Virus record (IMG/VR): IMGVR_UViG_3300029286_002633
Source: an uncultured virus (IMG/VR IMGVR_UViG_3300029286_002633)
Taxonomy: Duplodnaviria; Heunggongvirae; Uroviricota; Caudoviricetes
DNA length: 64,000 bases
Reading direction: 5' to 3' (one strand)
In this document: piece by piece, positions 8,798 through 18,750 of the stretch
How the letters are laid out: every line of letters begins with the position of its first letter
How positions within the stretch are numbered: the stretch's first letter is position 1
Made by a program: the position numbers and the translations under genes
Notes under the pieces: generated by a model
Seen by the model: the letters and a program-made list of their open reading frames with translations, nothing else
The model's database searches: none
What the model was told of the DNA's origin: nothing

Positions 8798-9228
8798 AGC
8801 CTTTACTTGAGTTCAAAGTGAAAGATGCAACATTCACAGAATGGGAGAAATTCCTACGAGATGTCATGGATATCATGGATGAAAAAGACCATGCCGCGTT
8901 TGTAGATGTAGGCGGCTGGGAAACCGATGGTTTCCCGGGTAGACATCATGCAATGCAGGCATATAATTGGTTGGAATATGCGTATGATACCATTGATTTA
9001 GAGAATGTGAGAATACTTCCGTTTAAAAAAAATGGGATAACCGTCGAAGCAACGCCATATATCATGTCGTTTAAAAAAAGGAAAGCGTTTTCTTTCATTC
9101 ATGCTTGTAAAACAGGTTTCCATCGTGACTGGGACCATGATGCTGTATGTGTGAAAGACCAACCATGGGAACCATATGAGCCAAGGGACCATCCTGAAGG
9201 ATACACATTAGATGAATTGAATAGGTGA
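8794..9228 (+). CDS. hypothetical protein, family A
   Basis: KPLLEF, ILPFKKNG, CKTGFHRDWDHDAVCV. Confidence 0.75.
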   Translation: MKPLLEFKVKDATFTEWEKFLRDVMDIMDEKDHAAFVDVGGWETDGFPGRHHAMQAYNWLEYAYDTIDLENVRILPFKKNGITVEATPYIMSFKKRKAFSFIHACKTGFHRDWDHDAVCVKDQPWEPYEPRDHPEGYTLDELNR

Positions 9229-9232
9229 AAAA

Positions 9233-9652
9233 ATGCCGATAACTGAAGAATGCCGGGAAGCAAGCAAGAAATTCACGAAACGTGACTGGCAGGCAATCAT
9301 CGCTGCCAACACAGAAATAGAGAAACTAACATGCTATGGAATGCGGAACGAACAGGCAGAGGCAGATGGCATTGTCATCTCATGGTCGAACGGCAGTAAA
9401 GATTGGTATCCAAGCACATCAAAAGTGCCCAAAGGGACAGAATTGCGTTTAGATGCGAACATGGCGTTCCTGCCGATAAGCCCGAAGCGGTTTGAGAGGA
9501 TACAGAAATGTCTCGCAGAACTCCCATTATATTGTCTCAGCACAGAGGCATGGACGAAGGGAGAAACGACACAGGAAGAAGCGTTCACTGGCTGGGCAAC
9601 CAAGCAACTTGAACGACTTGAACGGGAACGGCAACAGGAGGACAATCGGTGA
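9233..9652 (+). CDS. hypothetical protein
   Basis: AGGTGA RBS; coupled to the next gene. Confidence 0.7.
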   Translation: MPITEECREASKKFTKRDWQAIIAANTEIEKLTCYGMRNEQAEADGIVISWSNGSKDWYPSTSKVPKGTELRLDANMAFLPISPKRFERIQKCLAELPLYCLSTEAWTKGETTQEEAFTGWATKQLERLERERQQEDNR

Positions 9653-10071
9653 AAATCAATATTCTCATAGGGGAATATTATCCAAACAAACAACCACCGG
9701 TCTTGTACCCTGTGATGAGAAAGAAAGAGGATTGCACAATTTTCAAGCCAAAACCAGGCGACACCAGAGGGATATTGATTTGCCTGAAAGAATACAACGA
9801 AAAACAACTACATCCTGATGATGTAAAAGTCATCAAAAGACATCAGTTAAGAAAAACAGATGACGGAACACCATATTACGATTTCACCGAAGAACACACA
9901 CTTGAAGAAATTAAGCAACAGAAACAACGGATATTGAAAGAAGGAAACTGGGAGTTCGATGATACGATATTCGGTGATGGTAAACGCACAGAATGGATAC
10001 CTGCACATTATGAAACCACCCATCTCTACTGGGATTGTGATAATGATGATTGGAAAGAGGAAACACAATGA
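9649..10071 (+). CDS. hypothetical protein
   Basis: GGAGG RBS; GTGA coupling. Confidence 0.7.
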   Translation: MKINILIGEYYPNKQPPVLYPVMRKKEDCTIFKPKPGDTRGILICLKEYNEKQLHPDDVKVIKRHQLRKTDDGTPYYDFTEEHTLEEIKQQKQRILKEGNWEFDDTIFGDGKRTEWIPAHYETTHLYWDCDNDDWKEETQ

Positions 10072-11054
10072 ACGAACATGTGGTTCTGACCAAGGCACAG
10101 AAATGCGAACAAACCTTCGCTGGGTATCTGGATGATGACCATTGTGTCGTTGATAAGGACGTATTCCAAGGTCAAACGACCTGCGAAGCACTTGATGGTA
10201 AACTATTCAAGAAACAGATGAAAGCCACAGAAAGCATGGATAAGATAGGCGCTATAGGGTTCTCAGGAATCTATGAATGGAACCTCTGTCGTTTTCCTCT
10301 TGCCTCGATGGATAAGATTGATGAAAAAAAACAGGAACCATGGATTCATTTTGGTTTAGGGGAAGCACGAGCATACCAAAGAGAACGCTGGAGAAAAGCA
10401 GATGACCGGAAGAAACAGAGATTGATGGATGGACTGCGACTCAGACGAGAACTTGAAATCGCCGCAAAAGCAATCGTGATGAGCGGTGAACAACATCAGC
10501 CAACAATGTTTATTGAAAAACCAGATGGAAAAATGGATATCGGGCAATTCAGATTCAGTAGTGATGCAGCGAAAGAACTCGCATTGAAAAAACTGAAGGA
10601 AGAAGTGTGGAAAGCAAAATCAAACCGATATTGGATTATCATGGAAGCATGGGTCGGAAAAAACCCATGGGTTCGACCTAAATATGACCGAGACCGGACT
10701 GAAGCGCTCATCATAACAGAATACGATAAAGAGGACACTCACTCCATGATGACAGCACTTCCTTTTTCAAGGAAAGGCAAAGAAATCATATGGGAGATGC
10801 GGCGGGAGAATCTTGGTGGCGGGGAACGTGGCGCTGACCGTTGGAATGCATTCATGGAAGATACTTTAAAAGAAAGGTCAATACAATTCAAAAAAAATCA
10901 AATCGAGAAAGAACTCGCTGAAGCGAAACAGAAATTTAAAGAAGAATTAATTAAGAACGGTAAATTCACATCTGAAGAAGAAAAAGCACTTAATGAGGGC
11001 GCAGAGTCAGCGAAAAAAAAGTTCTTTAAGTTAATCGAGGATGGAAAGATATGA
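10068..11054 (+). CDS. hypothetical protein
   Basis: ATGA coupling; long ORF. Confidence 0.75.
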   Translation: MNEHVVLTKAQKCEQTFAGYLDDDHCVVDKDVFQGQTTCEALDGKLFKKQMKATESMDKIGAIGFSGIYEWNLCRFPLASMDKIDEKKQEPWIHFGLGEARAYQRERWRKADDRKKQRLMDGLRLRRELEIAAKAIVMSGEQHQPTMFIEKPDGKMDIGQFRFSSDAAKELALKKLKEEVWKAKSNRYWIIMEAWVGKNPWVRPKYDRDRTEALIITEYDKEDTHSMMTALPFSRKGKEIIWEMRRENLGGGERGADRWNAFMEDTLKERSIQFKKNQIEKELAEAKQKFKEELIKNGKFTSEEEKALNEGAESAKKKFFKLIEDGKI

Positions 11055-11144
11055 AGAGAAAGATGAAGTTCAGCACAAAACAAAAAGCGCTCTTTGACGA
11101 GGACGATAGCGGGAAACTCGTTGCAAATAGTTTCAAGGAAGAAA

Positions 11145-11795
11145 ATGAATGAAGAAAACCTAAAGAAAAGAGTCCAATACGGACAAGCATGGAAGGACTT
11201 ATCAGAACCCATAAAACAGGATTTACGTGCATCCTGGAAGGTTCTGGATGCCCTCTGCAAGAAACATGAGGGTGTACCACGACTACTTGAATCCATAACT
11301 GACAAAGGGATGTTAATCAAAGGATGTCAACTTGGGGGAGAATATTATTATCCAACAGCCGAAGAACAATTCGTCCAGATGGTTAAAGGCGTTGAAGACC
11401 AGATGAGACTCCGTACAACCTTTTATGCAGTAAATTCAAGTCATTCTCATGGTGAATCCCACTATGAGACAGATGCTGATTGGCATCATATCCGTTTACT
11501 TGACACTGAGAATTATGATGAAGATACATCAGAAATCATATTCGAGAAGCATCATCGGACCGGATATGGCGGTGATTTTCTTTCAAGTGGAATCCAAAAT
11601 TATGTTACACGCATCAATCGGATACGAGAGACAAAGAACGAACACAACATCAAACAGATGACAGCATTAGCAGATAAAATCGAGAAAATGCGTTTTAAGG
11701 GATTGGGGGATAACGCAACAGATGATGAACGACTTGAATATCATGTTGAATCCTTCCGATTAGCAGAAATGGTCAAAAAACACTTCGAGGTATAA
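11145..11795 (+). CDS. hypothetical protein
   Basis: Long ORF in operon; start inferred. Confidence 0.7.
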   Translation: MNEENLKKRVQYGQAWKDLSEPIKQDLRASWKVLDALCKKHEGVPRLLESITDKGMLIKGCQLGGEYYYPTAEEQFVQMVKGVEDQMRLRTTFYAVNSSHSHGESHYETDADWHHIRLLDTENYDEDTSEIIFEKHHRTGYGGDFLSSGIQNYVTRINRIRETKNEHNIKQMTALADKIEKMRFKGLGDNATDDERLEYHVESFRLAEMVKKHFEV

Positions 11796-11796
11796 C

Positions 11797-12360
11797 ATGG
11801 CGAAGAAACGCATTAACCCGATGGACCTGTATCCACATACAGCACTTGCCCAGATTCAGCATTACGACTTCGGGGAGCGACATGAATTTGATGACTGGGA
11901 CCTTCCTTTTGAACTCACTGATGAAGAAAGGGAAAACGAGGAATTCCAGCCGATGATGAACTATCTTTATCCGCTTGAGGAATTTGAGCATAAAAAAAGT
12001 CGTTTCACCGATAGGGAACTAAAGAAGGCACTTGACGATGCAGGGGCGGTCACGCTCATCCAACGGAATGATGACGGTGAATATTATCTTGCCCTCTCAG
12101 GCGGTGGAATGGACCTGTCATGGGACATCTGTGCAGGATATGTCAACCTCGGGTATCTCCCACCATTTACATTCTGCGAAGGGCTACCTGAACATGCAGG
12201 CGAGAAATACAACGACATCAAGCATCAGAATGTTATTTTCGCATGTCAGCGTTCCATCTCTTTTGTAGAGGCAAGAGCAAAACGTGCTCAACAGGAATTA
12301 CAGAAATTCGTTGACAAGGTGTATGGCAACAAATGGAAGTGGGAACCTGACCGATGTTGA
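11797..12360 (+). CDS. hypothetical protein with KWKWE tail
   Basis: GAGGT RBS; YLALSGGGMDLSW core; C-terminus NKWKWEPDRC. Confidence 0.75.
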   Translation: MAKKRINPMDLYPHTALAQIQHYDFGERHEFDDWDLPFELTDEERENEEFQPMMNYLYPLEEFEHKKSRFTDRELKKALDDAGAVTLIQRNDDGEYYLALSGGGMDLSWDICAGYVNLGYLPPFTFCEGLPEHAGEKYNDIKHQNVIFACQRSISFVEARAKRAQQELQKFVDKVYGNKWKWEPDRC

Positions 12361-13225
12361 GTTCACCTTGGAACGCAGTAGGATAACATTTTATCCGTCA
12401 GGTGAAGGACAAATACGATATGGGAATAAAAATAGTTTTCTCGATGATTTATTGGATTTATATGATTACCATGATAATGTAGAAAGATTGCGTTCAGACC
12501 TGCATAGAAACGCTGTGGATTATTCACAGGGGGATGAAACAGTTCGGATACGGAAAAGCGATTTTATCACTGCGATAAAAAGGTCGCTTGAACTTGACCC
12601 TAATGATGGATTAAACGCAATTGTCCCATCAGACCAGACTTGTGAAGAAGAGGCGAATGACTTCGCACAAAACGATTACCATGAACTCAAAGACTGTTTT
12701 CAAAGAAACTTCATGGAAAAAAATTTTTCAGAACATCTTTCCGATAAAATAAATGACAACGCATGGAGTAAATCTGATTTTAGTTCCTCTGCGGCGAGGG
12801 CTGATTTCATTAAAGACATATCTGAAAAATATGATAAAGGCAGTTGGAAGGATTTTGTTGAAAACGTGATGGAGAAATGTGACAAAGAGCACAGTCTTGA
12901 AACATCGCCTTTCTTCAAAACACATAGCGATTCAATTGATTTCCTTGATTGTGTCGCAGAGGGGCTGAGAGCCGAAAAAGAAAACCTCTATGAACCATAC
13001 TTCAACCATTGCAGAGATGCTTTTCTTCAGTCATGGGGGTATCATGATGAAGAGTTTTTGAAGGAACTCTCTGTAGAAGAAGAAGTGCCATATGAGATAC
13101 TTGAGCATTGTGCTGACCATAACTATGATATACTTGAGAAATATCGTCCTATTAAAGAAAATCAGACTTTCCTTGAATCATTCGGTGCAAAAATCTGGGA
13201 CAACTCCAAGAAGAACGAAGACTGA
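12323..13225 (+). CDS. acidic hypothetical protein
   Basis: Long D/E-rich ORF; start uncertain. Confidence 0.7.
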   Translation: MATNGSGNLTDVEFTLERSRITFYPSGEGQIRYGNKNSFLDDLLDLYDYHDNVERLRSDLHRNAVDYSQGDETVRIRKSDFITAIKRSLELDPNDGLNAIVPSDQTCEEEANDFAQNDYHELKDCFQRNFMEKNFSEHLSDKINDNAWSKSDFSSSAARADFIKDISEKYDKGSWKDFVENVMEKCDKEHSLETSPFFKTHSDSIDFLDCVAEGLRAEKENLYEPYFNHCRDAFLQSWGYHDEEFLKELSVEEEVPYEILEHCADHNYDILEKYRPIKENQTFLESFGAKIWDNSKKNED

Positions 13226-13242
13226 TTAAACATTTCTTTAAC

Positions 13243-13272
13243 TGTATCCCTTTTTGCCATTAACTATATAAT
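13243..13272 (+). promoter_or_regulatory. element promoter motif copy
   Basis: TGTATCCCTTTTTG with TATATAA at +22. Confidence 0.75.
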
Positions 13273-13319
13273 CTTCGTAGATATTTTCTTTTATGGATTA
13301 AACCATTTGCGGTGAGTTT

Positions 13320-15044
13320 ATGATTAAAGAGAAAAAGAGTATTATAAAGAAGGTAATTCCAATATTTATTGTTGTTTCACTGGTATTTGTCACCATGTCT
13401 ACAATGGTTAAATCAGCATCACCAGCAGTTGCATATAGCAGTATAACTAATGGAAAGACGTTTGTTGATGTATGGAGTGGCTCTGGAACAAACCTAACGG
13501 TGAATGTTACAGATGCTGATGGTGACTTGCAGAGTGTTGACATTTATACAAATGCATCAGGGACATGGGCAAACATCTATAGCAGTGGTGCATTGGGTGG
13601 TGTGTTTTACAAAAATACAACGAGATTCACGGTAAGTTCTTGGACAGGTTCTTTAGCGAAATATTATTTCAATGTGACAGCAAACGATGGGAGTCCCATT
13701 GAGTTCCAATATAGTTTCACGACAGAGTATGTATTCGGTGATTTGCAGAACACAATATATAACGACATTAAACAATATTATTGGAGCGGAATGTATAAGA
13801 ATGCAACAGGGGAGTATTACATGGCTTTCTGTAATCAAACAGATGGCGATGTCTTAGTGAAAACATCAACAAATGGTGTTGACTGGTTCAACAATACAAT
13901 CAAGGCTGTCGATACTCAAGTAGCCGCATCCTATTGCAACCCAAGCGGTTGGTTCACTTATAACAACAAACCAGCATTCTTCTACGAGGATTATACAACT
14001 AATCCATCATATCGGTCTTGGGCATACAAAAGCGGAGCAACAACATGGACAACAGCGACAACAAATATTGCATCATATTATAATGTTTATTCCGTGGGAA
14101 CAGACATAGAGTATTATAACAGCAAATATTATCTTTTAACAGGACGTGCCTATGTTTCAGGTAACGGTTACGCCATTCTTGATTTTTATTACGGTACTCC
14201 GCCTTCAACATGGACACTTGTTTCTTCCTTAAACACGGGTGGTGCAAACGTAAATGTCATGTGGGAACCAAATCTCAATATTTTCGATAGTTATCTCATT
14301 ATAACCTACAAAGACCCTTCTAATTATTTCCATTATTGGACATATGATGGAACCACATTGACTGATAAAAGCACGGTCTTTGCAACCGCTATCACTTCTC
14401 TTTCTGTGGTGAGAGACCCCGTGGCGAACCAATTGGTCGCAGTTTATACAAAAACAGGGGATTTATTTTACCGTGTTCTCACATCACCGACAGGGACTTG
14501 GAGCAGCGAATACACAATTACAACAGGACCTGCGACATATAATTACGTGAAAGCACAATATATTGACGACCGCTTAGTTCTATGTGTTGCAAACAATATG
14601 CGTTCAACCACATACTACGCTAATTACATGATGGCTGCACCTGATTATAGTGGGAGAGTATCTGGGTTTAATTCAACGTATAACCGTATTGTATTCCCTG
14701 ATGCTGACCCATCTGATACCCATATAAACAGTAGTGTTTTCGTATTGAAAAACATAGATGACAGGGACATAACGACAATAAAATGGTATGCCCATAATAT
14801 CGGCGATGTTCTCTCTGCAAGTAACATGGAGTTCTGGACGAACATGAGTGGCAGTTGGGTTGGATACCCTGTAGACGCAAATAAGAATACAACCGCGATT
14901 GACATTAGTGCAGCCAGTGGTAGTGAATGGAGTCCTGGCGAAAAACTATACTGGAAACTTGAGATATTAAGCATAGGCGGTGTTGCTCAAACATCGCACG
15001 TTACCGATGAAAACATCTATTATGTTGTCACAATGGCATCATAA
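13320..15044 (+). CDS. secreted beta-rich (propeller-like) surface protein
   Basis: Signal peptide (VKSA); T/Y/W/S-rich; many NxS/T sequons. Confidence 0.8.
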   Translation: MIKEKKSIIKKVIPIFIVVSLVFVTMSTMVKSASPAVAYSSITNGKTFVDVWSGSGTNLTVNVTDADGDLQSVDIYTNASGTWANIYSSGALGGVFYKNTTRFTVSSWTGSLAKYYFNVTANDGSPIEFQYSFTTEYVFGDLQNTIYNDIKQYYWSGMYKNATGEYYMAFCNQTDGDVLVKTSTNGVDWFNNTIKAVDTQVAASYCNPSGWFTYNNKPAFFYEDYTTNPSYRSWAYKSGATTWTTATTNIASYYNVYSVGTDIEYYNSKYYLLTGRAYVSGNGYAILDFYYGTPPSTWTLVSSLNTGGANVNVMWEPNLNIFDSYLIITYKDPSNYFHYWTYDGTTLTDKSTVFATAITSLSVVRDPVANQLVAVYTKTGDLFYRVLTSPTGTWSSEYTITTGPATYNYVKAQYIDDRLVLCVANNMRSTTYYANYMMAAPDYSGRVSGFNSTYNRIVFPDADPSDTHINSSVFVLKNIDDRDITTIKWYAHNIGDVLSASNMEFWTNMSGSWVGYPVDANKNTTAIDISAASGSEWSPGEKLYWKLEILSIGGVAQTSHVTDENIYYVVTMAS

Positions 15045-15061
15045 AAATATGGTGGCGGAGG

Positions 15062-16234
15062 ATGAAGAAAAAAATCGTTCTCATTCTTTTTTCTTTCATG
15101 CTATCATCATTTTTTTTATCAACTATTGTTTCTGCTGAACCAAATAATCTATTCTACAGCATTGGAGCGAAGATATTCATCGAAGGACCATATTCCGACA
15201 GTAAATTAAACAGCATTTTCTATGGTATCGGGGCTAATATAAGCATACAGGCGCCCTATACGACAGATGAGCCAGAAATCATTTATTATAGCATTGGTGC
15301 TTATATTAACGTGGAAGAAATATACAGAACACCAGAACCAGATGCTGCTTACTATAGCCTGGGGGCGAAGATAAATATAGAAGCGGAATATCCTTCGAGC
15401 GAGCCAAACACAGCATCCTACAGTCTTGGTGCGAAGATATACATTGAGGAAGAATATTCTGCACCTGAACCAGACACCATTATGTATGGGATGGGTGCGA
15501 AGATATTCACGCAAGGAGAATACACTGACGCTGAACCAAATATTTTGTGTTATAGCCTGGGTGGTAAAATAAACATATTAGATTTCAGCATTCATATCAC
15601 CACTAAATCCGCGACTGGTGTTGAACAAACAAATGCTACATTACAGGGAAATCTGATAAATGATATTTCAGAGTCATGTACGGTTCGATTCCAATATGGT
15701 CTCACAAGTGAGTATGGAACAAATACAACAAATCAGACAATCCTGTCAGGGAATTTCTCACAAGCGTTGACAGGGCTTGAACCAGGCGAAACATATCATT
15801 ATCGTGCCTATGCGAACAACAGCGATTTCCAGGTGTGGGGTACTGATAAAATCTTCATCACTGAAGGCTCATTCGCAAACATCACTATAACTCCATTTAC
15901 CTGGAATCCATCAGCAGGACTTGGGGAAAACAATACAACAGGATTGGATGTATTCACTATCAACAACACAGGGAATCTATCTGTTGATATCACTATCAAC
16001 GCCTCAAACACAGACATATGGACAATTACGACATCACCCGGTCATGACCAATTCCATCTCCAATGGAGCATTAATGGGACATGGCATACCATCGGGTTAT
16101 CACCTTCATCATTCATCAATACTCTCAATTACGGCAACCATCAGGATTTCGGATTAAAAATATATATGCCAACAACATCAAGCACAAGTGAAAAACAGGC
16201 GTTCTCTATCTCTTTTATAGCGACAGCCGATTAA
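15062..16234 (+). CDS. secreted protein: 7 x 22-aa repeats + FN3-like + shared C-terminal domain
   Basis: Signal peptide (VSA); EP....Y[SG][ILM]GA.I repeats; LEPGETYHYRAYA. Confidence 0.8.
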   Translation: MKKKIVLILFSFMLSSFFLSTIVSAEPNNLFYSIGAKIFIEGPYSDSKLNSIFYGIGANISIQAPYTTDEPEIIYYSIGAYINVEEIYRTPEPDAAYYSLGAKINIEAEYPSSEPNTASYSLGAKIYIEEEYSAPEPDTIMYGMGAKIFTQGEYTDAEPNILCYSLGGKINILDFSIHITTKSATGVEQTNATLQGNLINDISESCTVRFQYGLTSEYGTNTTNQTILSGNFSQALTGLEPGETYHYRAYANNSDFQVWGTDKIFITEGSFANITITPFTWNPSAGLGENNTTGLDVFTINNTGNLSVDITINASNTDIWTITTSPGHDQFHLQWSINGTWHTIGLSPSSFINTLNYGNHQDFGLKIYMPTTSSTSEKQAFSISFIATAD

Positions 16235-16356
16235 TCATTAAAAACCGTCATAACATGTCTGCCTTCGGCGTAGCAAAGGACTCTCCTCCCGTTTTGAATC
16301 GAGACAACAGCACCAGCCTCAATGGCGCTATTGACCACCTCATCCCAAGATACCAT
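16231..16356 (-). CDS. small hypothetical protein (41 aa, MVSWDEVVNSAIEAG...)
   Basis: Fills the gap; stop overlaps the convergent gene; below the ORF-track cutoff. Confidence 0.4.
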   Translation of the reverse strand: MVSWDEVVNSAIEAGAVVSIQNGRRVLCYAEGRHVMTVFND

Positions 16357-16414
16357 CAATATCGTAACTCATATTGATTATTAAGGCTTTTGGAATATCT
16401 TTTTGGTAATCGGT

Positions 16415-16444
16415 TGTATACCTATTTGACTGAAACTATTTAAC
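16415..16444 (+). promoter_or_regulatory. element promoter motif copy
   Basis: TGTATACCTATTTG with TATTTAA at +22. Confidence 0.8.
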
Positions 16445-16466
16445 TTTCAACAGAGATTCCTTTTTA

Positions 16467-16898
16467 ATGAAAGGATTCAGACCTGGAAAAGAAGATGATT
16501 TTCTACGACGACACGGTGTTGAACCAAACAGCGATATAAAAGATGAAATTCAACATCTCACAAAAGGATTTGAACTTCGTGTCAATGAAACAAAGGAAAC
16601 ATTGGACCCTATGTGGAAAAAATATGGTATAGATGCTGAAGGGGCAATGTTGCAATTAGATATGGATGGATTCAAACAAGCAATTGAAGAATGCGACGGA
16701 GCAAAATCAATGTTTCTCAATGGAAATATACAACGAACCTTCGAGAGGATTGTAAGAAAATTGGAGATAGCGGAAAAAAAAGGCACGTTGCTTGATGAAC
16801 ACGGGATGACCTTTTTAGCGTACCTTGATGGATGTAGAGATTTTACTGTTGATGCAATGCGTAAATTCAATCAGGAATGTATTTGCCATCACAGATAA
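16467..16898 (+). CDS. helical protein, paralog family C
   Basis: KGFE...LDPMWKKYG...CDG...CIC. Confidence 0.75.
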   Translation: MKGFRPGKEDDFLRRHGVEPNSDIKDEIQHLTKGFELRVNETKETLDPMWKKYGIDAEGAMLQLDMDGFKQAIEECDGAKSMFLNGNIQRTFERIVRKLEIAEKKGTLLDEHGMTFLAYLDGCRDFTVDAMRKFNQECICHHR

Positions 16899-16917
16899 AA
16901 AGAAAATATTTTTCTTT

Positions 16918-16947
16918 TGTATACGCTGTTGTAAAAACACTTATAAC
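16918..16947 (+). promoter_or_regulatory. element promoter motif copy
   Basis: TGTATACGCTGTTG with TTATAA at +23. Confidence 0.75.
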
Positions 16948-16970
16948 AATATCAACTCATTATATTTCCA

Positions 16971-17453
16971 ATGGCAATTCATTACCAGGACCTTCCAGCG
17001 AGAAGTAAACATTTTGATACTCTCTACCATGGTACTTTGATTAAGAACGCCGCAAGCATATGCAAAGAAGGCATAAAACGAGGAGAATACGAGCGTGTAG
17101 GGGAGATATCACGAACCGATGAAATCATTGGTCCTAATGAACGCATCGCTGATTGCATCGGGACAGTCAGCATGAGCAAGAACCAGAAAGGCGCTATCTT
17201 CTTTGCCTGCGCCTATGACATAATGAACAAGGAGGGTCAGGCGATATTTGAGATTGACCCCTCGAAACTCGATAAGAACCATATGTTCTTCCGCGATATG
17301 TTCAATAAAAAATACGCTGAGGTGAAATACATTGGTGACATCCCACCACAGGCAATCAAAAGAGTGCTATTAAGGAAATTCACATGGGAACCAGAACTCG
17401 AAGTGGAAGAAACCTATCGCACCTGCGATGAGATATTGAGGGGGAAACTGTGA
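16971..17453 (+). CDS. ADP-ribosyltransferase-fold protein (Tpt1/KptA/PARP-like H-x-E clade)
   Basis: LYHGT...I..EGI, VSMS...A..FA, IFEID, EV.Y.GDIPP..I. Confidence 0.7.
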   Translation: MAIHYQDLPARSKHFDTLYHGTLIKNAASICKEGIKRGEYERVGEISRTDEIIGPNERIADCIGTVSMSKNQKGAIFFACAYDIMNKEGQAIFEIDPSKLDKNHMFFRDMFNKKYAEVKYIGDIPPQAIKRVLLRKFTWEPELEVEETYRTCDEILRGKL

Positions 17454-18283
17454 AACGAGGGAAACTCCTGGTCTCATATAATCTAAACGAGGAAATCGGC
17501 GTAGAGAAATTCAACCAGATAAAAAGCGTATTAAGAAAAACAGCGAACAAATGGCAGAAGGAATACCTCGATAAAGTCACCTACGATACATTCAACGCAA
17601 GAGACTTCAACTTGAAGTTCTATAAAACACCCGTTACTGGGAAAAGAACACTTGAATATGATTTCCTTTTCCTGCGGAAAGTCCATGAGATAACAGCACA
17701 GAAATCAGAGAAAGACCGCTGGGAGATAGACAGTGAGCCTAACATAAAGATAGACCGAGGCGAGATAGAAAGCAGAGTGCTTGAGCGTGCATCAGGCTGG
17801 CGGTTCTATTCCAACATAGATGTCTATGAATATGGAAAAAACGGGCTTGAAATCATATTTAAAAATGATGACAATACGATGCAGAAGGGCGTGAAAGCAC
17901 TCCCTGCGTGTCAAGATTATTATTACCATGACTGGAAACGTGGTGGCATCTGTGTCCAAAGTGAGAACATCTTCATCAAACGGTCATACAAGGTGATAGA
18001 GCCAGATGAGACAGTTCTTCAAGAAGATGCGATGGAACCAGGGGAAGGAGTACCAGTTTCTGACATAAGGCATGCAGCACGATTCATTGTAGATGCTGGT
18101 GCATTAAACTTCGATAAATGCCCACCTGGGACAAAATACGAGACAAAATATCAGCAAATCAGTGAATATGACGATGAAGCAGAAAAAACAACAATCCATG
18201 TCAATAATGTCACATCAAAACAAGAGATAGACATCTTCAAAAAAATCTTTCCAAACTGGAAACGGGTTTGCCCGGACATCTAA
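17450..18283 (+). CDS. hypothetical protein, family A with extra C-terminal domain
   Basis: YEYGKNGLEI, LPACQDYYYHDWKRGGICV. Confidence 0.75.
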   Translation: MKRGKLLVSYNLNEEIGVEKFNQIKSVLRKTANKWQKEYLDKVTYDTFNARDFNLKFYKTPVTGKRTLEYDFLFLRKVHEITAQKSEKDRWEIDSEPNIKIDRGEIESRVLERASGWRFYSNIDVYEYGKNGLEIIFKNDDNTMQKGVKALPACQDYYYHDWKRGGICVQSENIFIKRSYKVIEPDETVLQEDAMEPGEGVPVSDIRHAARFIVDAGALNFDKCPPGTKYETKYQQISEYDDEAEKTTIHVNNVTSKQEIDIFKKIFPNWKRVCPDI

Positions 18284-18750
18284 ATAATTTTTTCTTTCTG
18301 ACCCTTGTAATGACCGCTACGTTCAGCATAGCCTTTCAATGAAGGGACATCTAACCTATTGAACACTATCTGAGCGAAAGGCGAACCCTTCTCTATCGTG
18401 ATAGGGCTGTTATTGGCGTTAAAACAACAAAAAGCAAGCGTCCCGAAAAACTCAGCATCAATCTGGGAGAAGGTCGCTTGGATGTTACGCCGAGCATATC
18501 GCTGTTTTAACCAGAGGTTCGCTGTGAACCCATTTGATAACGTCACATACTCCAATGAGACAACACGGAAAGGAGATAAACGTGGAATCAAAAACTTCTC
18601 ATAAATATCTGCTTTCAAAACAGCATCATTGATGTCGATGCCGTCCACAGACAAATCATATCCATTTGGTGTCAAATTCTTTTCAGAAAACGGTTTGATG
18701 TCGATATGTCCAGAGTCTATCAGTTCAAGAAGTTCTCCGTCTGACAGCAT
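18280..18750 (-). CDS. dcd: dCTP deaminase / dUTPase family
   Basis: MLSD.E...I.PF.E..L.PNGYDL, ID..F.G.L, FAQIVF, Y....G.Y.GQ; own TATA at about 18772-18780. Confidence 0.85.
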   Translation of the reverse strand: MLSDGELLELIDSGHIDIKPFSEKNLTPNGYDLSVDGIDINDAVLKADIYEKFLIPRLSPFRVVSLEYVTLSNGFTANLWLKQRYARRNIQATFSQIDAEFFGTLAFCCFNANNSPITIEKGSPFAQIVFNRLDVPSLKGYAERSGHYKGQKEKII

